NCBI GenBank assembly: GCA_035499215.1
Contig: DATJZH010000177.1
Coordinates: 31 to 64,030 of the forward strand
DNA from: Streptosporangiaceae bacterium
Lineage (GTDB): Bacteria > Actinomycetota > Actinomycetes > Streptosporangiales > Streptosporangiaceae
Direction of reading: 5' to 3'
Length of the DNA stretch: 64,000 nucleotides
Each line of letters starts with the position of its first letter. The stretch's first letter is position 1. The notes beneath the pieces were generated by a model. That model saw nothing but the letters and a program-made list of their open reading frames with translations. It was not told where the DNA came from and ran no database searches. The translations under genes were made by a program, and so were the position numbers. Shown piece by piece: positions 9,053 to 17,430 of this stretch.

Positions 9053-11851
9053 TCAGAGTGCGGCCGGCTCTGCCGCCGGCGCATCCGGCTGCCGGCCGTC
9101 CGCCGCACCGGCGTCCGCGGCACTGGCGTCCCCGGCACTGGCGTCCCCGCCAGTGCCCTCCACGCTGTCCCTGCTAGCGCCGTCCGCGGCGCCGCCGCCC
9201 CCGCTACCGCTTTCCCCGGTACGGCCGGCTCCAGGGCCGACCTGGTCGTCGAGTGCCCCGCTGCCGACTGGCGGCTCGCCGCCCGGTGACGCCGCGTTAT
9301 CGTCAGCATCTGCCGCGGCCCCTGCCGCCAGCGGATCGGCTGTCCTGGCGCGCCCGGAACGGGATCTTGATGATCTGGACCGCTGCGGTCCGCCCGCGTC
9401 GTCGCCAGTCTGGCCGCCGCTCCTGGCCCTGCCGTCGTCCTTGCCGTTCCTGTCGCTGTCGCCGGCCCGGCCGCGCGGCGGCGAATGGTCAACGGGTTCC
9501 AGCGAGATGATGACTCCCCGGCCATTGCAGTGCTCGCATGGCACCGAGAACGCCTCGAGCAAACCGGAGCCGACCCGCTTCCTGGTCATCTGGACGAGGC
9601 CGAGTGAGGTGACCTCGGCGACCTGGTGCTTGGTCCGGTCCCGCGCCAGGCACTCGAGCAGCCGCCGGAGCACTAGCTCCCTGTTGCTCTCCAGCACCAT
9701 GTCGATGAAGTCGATGACGATGATGCCGCCGACGTCGCGCAGCCGCAGCTGGCGCACGATCTCCTCGGCGGCCTCCAGGTTGTTGCGCGTGACGGTCTGC
9801 TCGAGGTTTCCGCCCTGGCCGGTGAATTTGCCCGTGTTGACGTCGATGACCGTCATGGCCTCGGTAGCGTCGATCACCAGCGAGCCGCCGCTGGGCAGCC
9901 ACACCTTCCGCTCGAGCGCCTTGGCGAGCTGCTCGTCAACGCGGTACGCGGCAAAAACGTCCTCGTCACTGGCCCACCGCTCCAGCCGGTCAGCCAGGGT
10001 CGGGGCGACAAACCGGACGTACTCGTCCACCAGGTCCCAGTCGCTGTCGCTGGCGATGACCAGCTTGATGAAGTCCTCGTTGAAAATATCCCTGACTACC
10101 CGGATGGTCAGGTCGGGCTCGCTGTAGAGGAGCTCCGGCGCGGTAGCGGTCCTGGCCTTCCGCTCGATCGCCTCCCACTGCGCCGCCAGCCTGGCGACGT
10201 CCCTGGCCAGCTCCTCCTCGGACGCGCCCTCTGCCGCGGTCCGGACGATCACGCCCGCGTTCTCGGGCATGACCTTCCTGAGAATCTGCTTGAGCCGCGA
10301 GCGCTCGATGTCCGGCAGCTTCCGGCTGATCCCGGTCATCGAGGAGCCCGGTACGTAAACCAGGTACCGGCCCGGCAAGCTGACCTGGCTGGTCAGCCGT
10401 GCGCCTTTATGCCCTATCGGGTCCTTGGTGACCTGGACCAGGATCGACTGGCCGGACTTGAGCGCCGACTCGATCCGCTTGGACTCGCCCTCCAGGCCAC
10501 TGGCGTCGAAGTTGACTTCGCCCGCGTACAGGACGGCGTTGCGGCCCTTGCCGATGTCGACGAAGGCGGCCTCCATCGAAGGCAGCACGTTCTGCACCTT
10601 GCCGAGGTAGACGTTGCCCACGTAGAACTGATGGCTGGCCTTGTCCACGTAGTGCTCGACGAGGACGCTGTCCTCGAGCACCGCGATCTGAGTCCGGTCG
10701 CCAGTCTGCCGGACGACCATGACCCGCTCGACTGCCTCGCGGCGGGCCAGGAACTCGGACTCGGTAATGACCGGCGGGCGGCGCCTGCCCGAGTCCCGTC
10801 CCTCCCGGCGCCGCTGCCGCTTGGCCTCCAGCCGGGTGGATCCCTTGATCGACCGGACATCGTCGGAGTCCGCCTGCCGAGGCGGCCGGACATGCACCAC
10901 GGTGTCGGGCGGGTCGTCCGCCGCGATCGCGTCGCCGTCACCGCCCGGGCCGCTACGACGGCGGCGCCGGCGGCGGCGCGCGGCCCGGCCGCCATCGCCG
11001 GCCTCGCCGTCGTCGTCCCCGTTCTCCGCCGCGTCGCCGCCGCTGCCTGCCGCCGCAGGCGCGCCGCCCGCCCTGCCGCCTGCCGTATCGCCTTCGGGGC
11101 CGGCCGCGTCCGGGCCCGACCCGGCGGCATCGCCCTCGCCCCGGCCCTTGCCGCGGCCGCCGCGACGGCGGCGCTTGCCGGCCGCCGCGACTTGCTCGGC
11201 GTCGCCATCCTGATCGGCGGCTGCCTGGCTCTCGCCGCCAGGCCGGTGCTGGTCAGCCTGGCCGTCACCAGCCGGACGATCGCGGCCCCGGCCGGCCTTA
11301 TCCGGGCCGTCACCGGACTCGGCGGGGTCGCTTGCCGCGCCGCCGCGCGGGGAATTCCTGCGCCGGGATGACGACCTGGTCTCGCCGCCGGCCGGTTTGT
11401 CCGGCCCGCTGTCGCTGGCCTGCTGGCGACCACTGTCATTGCCGCCGGCCGCGGGCGCAGCGATCTCCGGCGGCTGGAAGATCACGACTGGCGGCTGGAA
11501 CGGCACCGGCGGAACCGCGAGAGCTGGATCACCGGCCGGCTCTCGGTCCGTCCTGGCTGGGCCGGTGCTGGCTGGGCCGGTGCGGGCTGGGCCGGTGCGG
11601 GCTGGGCCGGTGCTGGCTGGCGCCGTGCTGGCCGACGCCGTGCCGGCCGGCTCTCTGCTCGCTGACCCTGGGGTCGCGGGGCCGCCCTGTTCCTCGGCGG
11701 CACCCGCCTCGTCCGAGGGCGGACCAGCGGGCCGCGTCACAGCCTTACGGCCCCTGCGGAACAGCCCGCGACGCTGGCCTCCGGCTTCCTGGCCGGCTGC
11801 TGCCGGGTCATCAGGTTCTGATTCTGCGTTGTGTCGCTCCATCTCGAGCAT
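9053..11851 (-). CDS. rne: Ribonuclease E (RNase E/G family) with long low-complexity N- and C-terminal regions
   Basis: S1 domain GNVYLGKVQNVLPSMEAAFVDIGKGRNAVLY and catalytic core ..VIDVNTGKFTGQGGNLEQTVTRNNLEAAEEIVRQLRLRDVGGIIVIDFIDM. Conserved position upstream of rplU-rpmA-obg. Confidence 0.93.
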   Translation of the reverse strand: MLEMERHNAESEPDDPAAAGQEAGGQRRGLFRRGRKAVTRPAGPPSDEAGAAEEQGGPATPGSASREPAGTASASTAPASTGPARTGPARTGPASTGPARTDREPAGDPALAVPPVPFQPPVVIFQPPEIAAPAAGGNDSGRQQASDSGPDKPAGGETRSSSRRRNSPRGGAASDPAESGDGPDKAGRGRDRPAGDGQADQHRPGGESQAAADQDGDAEQVAAAGKRRRRGGRGKGRGEGDAAGSGPDAAGPEGDTAGGRAGGAPAAAGSGGDAAENGDDDGEAGDGGRAARRRRRRRRSGPGGDGDAIAADDPPDTVVHVRPPRQADSDDVRSIKGSTRLEAKRQRRREGRDSGRRRPPVITESEFLARREAVERVMVVRQTGDRTQIAVLEDSVLVEHYVDKASHQFYVGNVYLGKVQNVLPSMEAAFVDIGKGRNAVLYAGEVNFDASGLEGESKRIESALKSGQSILVQVTKDPIGHKGARLTSQVSLPGRYLVYVPGSSMTGISRKLPDIERSRLKQILRKVMPENAGVIVRTAAEGASEEELARDVARLAAQWEAIERKARTATAPELLYSEPDLTIRVVRDIFNEDFIKLVIASDSDWDLVDEYVRFVAPTLADRLERWASDEDVFAAYRVDEQLAKALERKVWLPSGGSLVIDATEAMTVIDVNTGKFTGQGGNLEQTVTRNNLEAAEEIVRQLRLRDVGGIIVIDFIDMVLESNRELVLRRLLECLARDRTKHQVAEVTSLGLVQMTRKRVGSGLLEAFSVPCEHCNGRGVIISLEPVDHSPPRGRAGDSDRNGKDDGRARSGGQTGDDAGGPQRSRSSRSRSGRARTADPLAAGAAADADDNAASPGGEPPVGSGALDDQVGPGAGRTGESGSGGGGAADGASRDSVEGTGGDASAGDASAADAGAADGRQPDAPAAEPAAL
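11556..11630. repeat. Five copies of a 15-bp in-frame tandem repeat inside rne
   Basis: gctgggccggtgc[tg]g is repeated at 11556, 11571, 11586 and 11601, with a degenerate copy at 11616. On the minus strand it encodes PA(R/S)TG pentapeptides. Confidence 0.9.
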
Positions 11852-12815
11852 CCGGGCAATCTCTCCCGTCAGGCTCCCGGGCGCCCAGGTCCGATTCCGG
11901 ATCTTCCGCGCCGCGCGGGAACTGTTCGTACGCGCTCACTGGGGCAGCGCACGCCGCTCGGGCGTCTCCCGCCTCCAGGCACGTTGCCTTTTCGTGTGCC
12001 TGTGCCGCGCCCCGCCCAGTCGGCTGGGGCACCTGCGCCGTGGGCCGCGGGGGTCCGGACTCGGCGGTCCCGGAAACCCCGGGCATGCCGGTCCCGGAAG
12101 CAGCGGCCCCCGCGCCGAGCGGTCCTTGCGCCAGCCGGGTCACCAGCGGGGGCGACGATGGCGCAAGGGCCGACGCGTTGCGGAGCGCGGCCAGGATGTC
12201 ATCGGGCCGGACGGCAGGCGTCATCTGCCGAACAACCATTCGAAGTATCGCACATCCGGCGTCCTGATCTTCCATGGCACGCCGGTCAAGCTCCAGGGTG
12301 ATCACGGCGCCGCGGGCATCGAACCGCCGGATTCCCTTTGTGGTCAGGCGTTCTACCTCTGCGACAGGCGCGGCGAGGAACGCCTGTGCCGCCGCCTGTG
12401 CCGTGGCGGGCGCCACCCCTGGCAGGACAGCCTGCCAGTGCGACGCCTCCAGCCGCATGCCGCCTCGCTCTGCGTCGAGCGTGGTTACCTCGATCACGTC
12501 GATCCCGTCTGGCAGGGCTGCGTCAAGCAGGTTCCGTACTTCGGCCGGAGCCCGTGATCCGGTGAGGGCGATCTCGAGGTATTCGGCCTCGCTGGCGGCA
12601 CCGGTCGGAGCGCCGCCAGGATATGAAATCTTCGGATGCGGCGAGAATCCTGACGAAAAGGCGACCGGCAGGCCCGCCTTCCGCACTGCCCGCTCAATTG
12701 CCCGGGCAACGTCTCTGTGGCTCGCGAAACGCATCCTTCCCCGCTTAGCGTACCGGACCGCGAGACGCTGAGCGACCGGCGCGCTCGGCGGTCCGGCGGG
12801 CACGGGCCGTGACAT
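11811..12815 (-). CDS. TIGR03936-family radical-SAM-associated protein (DUF2344) with an unusual ~100-aa C-terminal read-through
   Basis: RLAVRYAKRGRMRFASHRDVARAIERAVRKAGLPVAFSSGFSPHPKISY. ATG 12815 lies 3 nt after the stop of the radical SAM gene. The conserved part ends near 12130, but the frame stays open to 11811. Confidence 0.85.
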   Translation of the reverse strand: MSRPVPAGPPSAPVAQRLAVRYAKRGRMRFASHRDVARAIERAVRKAGLPVAFSSGFSPHPKISYPGGAPTGAASEAEYLEIALTGSRAPAEVRNLLDAALPDGIDVIEVTTLDAERGGMRLEASHWQAVLPGVAPATAQAAAQAFLAAPVAEVERLTTKGIRRFDARGAVITLELDRRAMEDQDAGCAILRMVVRQMTPAVRPDDILAALRNASALAPSSPPLVTRLAQGPLGAGAAASGTGMPGVSGTAESGPPRPTAQVPQPTGRGAAQAHEKATCLEAGDARAACAAPVSAYEQFPRGAEDPESDLGAREPDGRDCPDARDGATQRRIRT

Positions 12816-12818
12816 GCG

Positions 12819-14846
12819 CTACGCCCCTCTTCCTGTGCCCGCGCCCAGAACGGAATTACCATCACAGGGCACTCGGGGGGCCGGGCCGCCGCCAGCGGCC
12901 GGGCCGCCGCTGACGGGGGTCAGCGGTAGCAGCCTGGCTCCGGTGGGCCCGGTCTCGATCTCGGTGTCCATCGCCGGGCAGACGCCGCATTCGAAGCACG
13001 GCGTCCAGCGGCAGTCTTCCACCTCCGCGGCCCCGGCCGGGTCAATCGCAGCCAGCCAGTCCTGCCAGAGCCAGTCCCGGTCCAGGCCCGCGTCCAGGTG
13101 GTCCCATGGCAGCACCTCGCCGTAGGGCCGCTCCCTGGTGGTGTACCAGGCCATGTCTACGCCGTCGTCAGCCAGTGCCGTCTGGGCGCAGCGCTCCCAC
13201 CGCTCGTAGGAGAAGTTCTCGCTCCAGCCGTCGAATCTGGCCCCGTCCGCCCAGGCGGCCCTGATCACCTTGGCGACCCGCCGGTCGCCGCGGGACAGCA
13301 GTCCTTCGACGACCGACGGCTTGCCGTCGTGATAGCGGAAGCCGATGGACTTGCCGTAGGCCCGGTCGGCGCGCAGCGCCGCGCCGAGAGCCCGCAGCCG
13401 CGCGTCCACGGTCTCGTGGTCGCACTGCGCCGCCCACTGGAACGGCGTATGCGGCTTGGGCACGAAGCCGCCGATCGACACCGTGCACCGGATGTCACGG
13501 CGGCCGGTGGCGGCGCGGCCGGCCTCGATCACCCGCCGCGCGAGGCGGCCGATGGCGAGCACATCCTCGTCGGTCTCCGTCGGCAGCCCGCACATGAAGT
13601 AGAGCTTGACCTGCCGCCAGCCGCTGGCATACGCCGTGCTGACTGTCCTGATCAGGTCGTCCTCGGTGACCATCTTGTTGATCACTTTCCGGATCCGGTC
13701 GGTGCCGCCTTCCGGCGCGAAAGTCAGCCCGGATCTGCGCCCGTTCCTGCTCAGCTCATTGGCGAGGGTGACGTTGAAAGCGTCGACCCTGGTCGAGGGC
13801 AGCGACAGGCTGGTGTTGGTTCCCTCGTACCGGTCGGCGAGGTCCACGGCGATCTCGTTGATCTCGCTGTGGTCGGCGCTGGACAGCGACAGCAGCCCCA
13901 CTTCCGAATAGCCGCTGGCCGCAAGGCCGGTCTGCACCATGTCGCCGATCGTGGTGATCGAGCGCTCGCGGACCGGCCGGGTGATCATCCCGGCCTGGCA
14001 GAACCGGCAGCCCCTGGTGCAGCCGCGGAATATCTCCACGCTGAACCGCTCATGCACTGTCTCAGCGACCGGCACCAGCGGCTTGCGCGGGTACGGCCAC
14101 GAATCCAGGTCCATGACGGTGTGCTTGGCGACGGCCCTCGGCACGCCGGCCCGGCCAGGGATTACCCCCGCGATCGCGCCGTCCGGCAGGTACTCGACGT
14201 CGTAGAAGCGGGGCACGTAAACGCCGCCCTCGGCGGCGAGCAGCTGCAGCAGGCCGTCCCGGCCGCCCGGCTGGCCGGTCCGCTTCCACTGCCTGATCAG
14301 CTCGCTGATGCGCAGCACAGCCTGCTCGCCGTCGCCGAGCACGGCGCCGTCGATGAACTCGGCGATCGGCTCCGGATTGAAGGCCGCGTGCCCGCCGGCC
14401 AGAACCAGCGGGTCGCCGGGACCGCGGTCGGCAGCCGACAGCGGTATCCCGGCCAGATCGAGCGCGGTCAGCAGGTTGGTGTACCCGAGTTCGGTCGCGA
14501 AGCTCACGCCGAGCACGTCGAATGCGCGCACGGGCCGGTGCGCGTCGACGGTGAACTGCGGGATCCGATGCTGGCGCATCAGGCCCTCCAGATCCGGCCA
14601 GACGCTGTACGTGCGCTCGGCGAGCACCCCGTCGCTCTCGTTGAGTACCTCATACAGAATCTGGATGCCCTGGTTGGGCAGGCCGACCTCGTAGGCGTCC
14701 GGGTACATCAGCGCCCAGCGGACGTCCGCTGCGTCCCAGTCCCTGACAACAGAGTTCAGCTCGCCGCCGACATACTGGACCGGCTTGCGGACCAGTGGCA
14801 GGAGTGGCTCAAGTTGCGGGTAGATGGACTGCACGGGCATTACCAC
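12819..14846 (-). CDS. TIGR03960-family B12-binding-domain radical SAM protein
   Basis: CxxxCxxC cluster in EIFRGCTRGCRFCQAGM. The N-terminus YPQLEPLLPLVRKPVQYVGGELN is characteristic of this family. Confidence 0.9.
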   Translation of the reverse strand: MVMPVQSIYPQLEPLLPLVRKPVQYVGGELNSVVRDWDAADVRWALMYPDAYEVGLPNQGIQILYEVLNESDGVLAERTYSVWPDLEGLMRQHRIPQFTVDAHRPVRAFDVLGVSFATELGYTNLLTALDLAGIPLSAADRGPGDPLVLAGGHAAFNPEPIAEFIDGAVLGDGEQAVLRISELIRQWKRTGQPGGRDGLLQLLAAEGGVYVPRFYDVEYLPDGAIAGVIPGRAGVPRAVAKHTVMDLDSWPYPRKPLVPVAETVHERFSVEIFRGCTRGCRFCQAGMITRPVRERSITTIGDMVQTGLAASGYSEVGLLSLSSADHSEINEIAVDLADRYEGTNTSLSLPSTRVDAFNVTLANELSRNGRRSGLTFAPEGGTDRIRKVINKMVTEDDLIRTVSTAYASGWRQVKLYFMCGLPTETDEDVLAIGRLARRVIEAGRAATGRRDIRCTVSIGGFVPKPHTPFQWAAQCDHETVDARLRALGAALRADRAYGKSIGFRYHDGKPSVVEGLLSRGDRRVAKVIRAAWADGARFDGWSENFSYERWERCAQTALADDGVDMAWYTTRERPYGEVLPWDHLDAGLDRDWLWQDWLAAIDPAGAAEVEDCRWTPCFECGVCPAMDTEIETGPTGARLLPLTPVSGGPAAGGGPAPRVPCDGNSVLGAGTGRGA

Positions 14847-14889
14847 AGCCTACCGACGGGCTGAAGCGTCCGCTGCCGGCGGTGGCGGC

Positions 14890-14961
14890 GCGCCCGGCCC
14901 CGGCATATCCGCGCCCGGCCCCGGCAAATTCCCTGACCGGCCCCGGCTGCTCCCTGACCGG
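14890..14961. repeat. Two pairs of direct repeats, each spaced 21 bp, in a divergent intergenic region
   Basis: gcgcccggccccggca occurs at 14890 and 14911, and tccctgaccgg at 14930 and 14951. Confidence 0.85.
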
Positions 14962-15109
14962 CGCAGGCTGCTTCCGGCGTCGCACGGTATTTTCGACTAT
15001 GCAGACTGGGTCGGCAGGCTATGCTGTGGGACTTCGGCTGGCCGGCGGGCCGTCGCCGTCAGGGACCCGCCGCGCCTGCCGACCAGGGCGCCGGGAGGTG
15101 GCCAGGCAA

Positions 15110-16060
15110 TTGCACGTGGATCCTTACATCGTGCTCGGCAGCGCGGTCGTCGGCCTGCTCGTCGGGCTGACCGGCGCCGGCGGCGGCGCGCTGATGACGC
15201 CGATGCTCATCCTGCTGTTCGGCGTCCGGCCATCGACCGCCATCTCCAGCGACCTGGTCGCGGCCGTCCTGATGCGGCCCGTCGGCGCGGCCGTGCACCT
15301 GCGCAAAGGCACGGTAAACCTGCGCCTGGTAGGCTGGATGGTGCTCGGCTCGGTTCCGATGGCCTTCGCCGGAGCATACCTGCTGCACCTGTTCGGCAAT
15401 GCGGGCGCGGCCCAGAGCAAGATCGAGGTCGCGCTCGGCGTGGCACTGCTGGTCGGCGCGGCCGCCATGGTGCTGCGGTACGTCCTGGACCTGCGCGGCG
15501 GCTACGAGCGCCGGGCTGGTGTTCGCGACGTCGTCGCGCGGCCGCTGCCCACGGTGGCAATCGGCATGGTCGGGGGGCTGATCGTCGGAATGACGTCGGT
15601 CGGCTCGGGCTCGCTGATGATCGTGCTGCTGCTTTTCCTGTATCCGATGCTGAGCGCCAGCCAGCTCGTCGGAACCGACCTGACTCAGGCGGTCCCGCTG
15701 ACGCTGGCAGCGGCGCTCGGCGCGCTGACGTTCGGCCATGTCGAGTTCTCCGTGACAGCCTCGATCGTCATCGGCAGCGTCCCGGCGGTCCTGGTCGGCT
15801 CGTTCCTGTCCTCCCGCGCGCCCGACCGCTACATCCGGCCGATGATCACCTTCGTCATTTTCGCCTCAGGCCTGAAGTACGTGGGTGTCGGCAGCAGCGC
15901 GCTCGGCTGGGTGCTGTGCGCCATCCTGCTGGCCGGCGCGGGCGTGTGGCTGGCGCGAGCGCAGCCGTGGCGCAACGGGAAAGCCGCGGCCCTCAGGGCC
16001 GCCCCGGAGCTGCCAGGCACCGCCGACCGCCGAGCGAAATCGGGCGGCACCCGCCGCTGA
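15110..16060 (+). CDS. TauE/SafE-family sulfite/anion exporter membrane protein
   Basis: PYIVLGSAVVGLLVGLTGAGGGALMTPMLILLFG, followed by multiple TM segments. Start at TTG 15110 or GTG 15116, downstream of GGGAGG (15093-15098). The upstream part of the track ORF looks non-coding. Confidence 0.8.
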   Translation: MHVDPYIVLGSAVVGLLVGLTGAGGGALMTPMLILLFGVRPSTAISSDLVAAVLMRPVGAAVHLRKGTVNLRLVGWMVLGSVPMAFAGAYLLHLFGNAGAAQSKIEVALGVALLVGAAAMVLRYVLDLRGGYERRAGVRDVVARPLPTVAIGMVGGLIVGMTSVGSGSLMIVLLLFLYPMLSASQLVGTDLTQAVPLTLAAALGALTFGHVEFSVTASIVIGSVPAVLVGSFLSSRAPDRYIRPMITFVIFASGLKYVGVGSSALGWVLCAILLAGAGVWLARAQPWRNGKAAALRAAPELPGTADRRAKSGGTRR

Positions 16061-16107
16061 CCCGCCCGCGAGCTGGACTGGCGCAACCGGCCGGGGCAGG
16101 CGGGCGG

Positions 16108-17430
16108 TCAGCCCGCGAATACCGTCCGGCGGCGGTGTACCGCCTGCAGGATCCCGATCGCGATCATGTCGGCGAACATGGCTGACCCGCCATAGGACAC
16201 GAACGGCAGCGGCAGGCCGGTCACGGGCATGATGCCGACGGTCATCCCGATGTTGATGAACGACTGCACGCCGAACCAGATCGCGATTCCCGCAGCGACG
16301 AGCATGCCGAACTGGTCATCCGCCCTGGCCGCGATCCGCAGCGCGCGGACTAGCACGACCGCCAGCAGGCAGATGATCACGACGGCCCCCGCGAAGCCGA
16401 GCTCCTCCCCCGCTACCGCGAAGATGAAGTCGGTGTGCTGCTCGGGCACGAAGTTCCCACCGATCAGCTGGCCGTGGAAAAGCCCCTGGCCAAAAAGGCC
16501 GCCTGAGCCAATGGCGATCTTCGCCTGAGCAGCGCTGTAGCCGGTGCCGCGGGGATCGGCCGATGGGTGCAGGAACGAGGTCAGGCGGCTGGCCTGGTAG
16601 GACTTGAGCAGATGCACGTTGACCACGGCGAAGACGGCGAGCGCTCCCCCGGCCGTCAGCACGGCCAGCCAGCGCAGCCGGATCCCCGAGATCGCGATCA
16701 GGCCAGCCAGGATGGCCAGCATCAGCATGACGACGCCCAGGTCGGGCTCGGCCACGACGAGCAGGATCGGCACGCCGGCGGCCGCGATGGCCACCAGCGC
16801 GGCCCGCGGCCCCGGCCTGGTTTCGCCCACCTTCAGCTCGCCCAGTGCCATCCCGACCAGCAAGATGACCGCGAGCTTGGCGAACTCCGATGGCTCGATC
16901 TGGAAGCCGCCGGGCAGCGAGATCCACGAGTGGGCACCGTTCACGATGCTGCCCAGCGGGGTGAGCACGACCAGCAGTCCCACGATGGATACGGCGTAAA
17001 GGATCGGCGCACAGAGCCGGAGCTGGCGGTGGTCGAGTGCGCTCACCGTGACCATGAAGATCAGCCCGAGGACGATGTTGAGCAGCTGCTTCATCAGATA
17101 GGTCCGGGGGTTGGCCCCGGACTGCAGCAGGGCCGGCTGAGTCGCCGACCAGACGAGCAGCGTGCCGACCAGGCTCAGCGCCAGCACCGCCAGCAGCAGT
17201 ATCCAGTCGAAATGCCGCAGCATGGACTGCCTGGCGGTAACCCGCCGCAGCAGTGAGCGGAAGGTCCAGCGGCGCGCTGAGCGGCTGCCGCGCGCGCCAG
17301 GTCCGGTGGGACGGACCGGGGCGAGCCTGCCGTAGGACGATGCCGTCCGGCGCCGTCCGAGCCGGATGTCACCGGGGCGTCCGGCGCCGGGTCTCCCGGA
17401 GAGGCGCTGGAGGCCGGGCAGCGAGCTCAC
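16108..17430 (-). CDS. rodA: Rod shape-determining protein RodA (FtsW/RodA/SpoVE family)
   Basis: Polytopic membrane protein (..FDWILLLAVLALSLVGTLLVWSAT.., ..PEQHTDFIFAVAGEELGF..). Its GTG start overlaps the PBP2 stop (GTGA at 17427-17430). Confidence 0.9.
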   Translation of the reverse strand: MSSLPGLQRLSGRPGAGRPGDIRLGRRRTASSYGRLAPVRPTGPGARGSRSARRWTFRSLLRRVTARQSMLRHFDWILLLAVLALSLVGTLLVWSATQPALLQSGANPRTYLMKQLLNIVLGLIFMVTVSALDHRQLRLCAPILYAVSIVGLLVVLTPLGSIVNGAHSWISLPGGFQIEPSEFAKLAVILLVGMALGELKVGETRPGPRAALVAIAAAGVPILLVVAEPDLGVVMLMLAILAGLIAISGIRLRWLAVLTAGGALAVFAVVNVHLLKSYQASRLTSFLHPSADPRGTGYSAAQAKIAIGSGGLFGQGLFHGQLIGGNFVPEQHTDFIFAVAGEELGFAGAVVIICLLAVVLVRALRIAARADDQFGMLVAAGIAIWFGVQSFINIGMTVGIMPVTGLPLPFVSYGGSAMFADMIAIGILQAVHRRRTVFAG

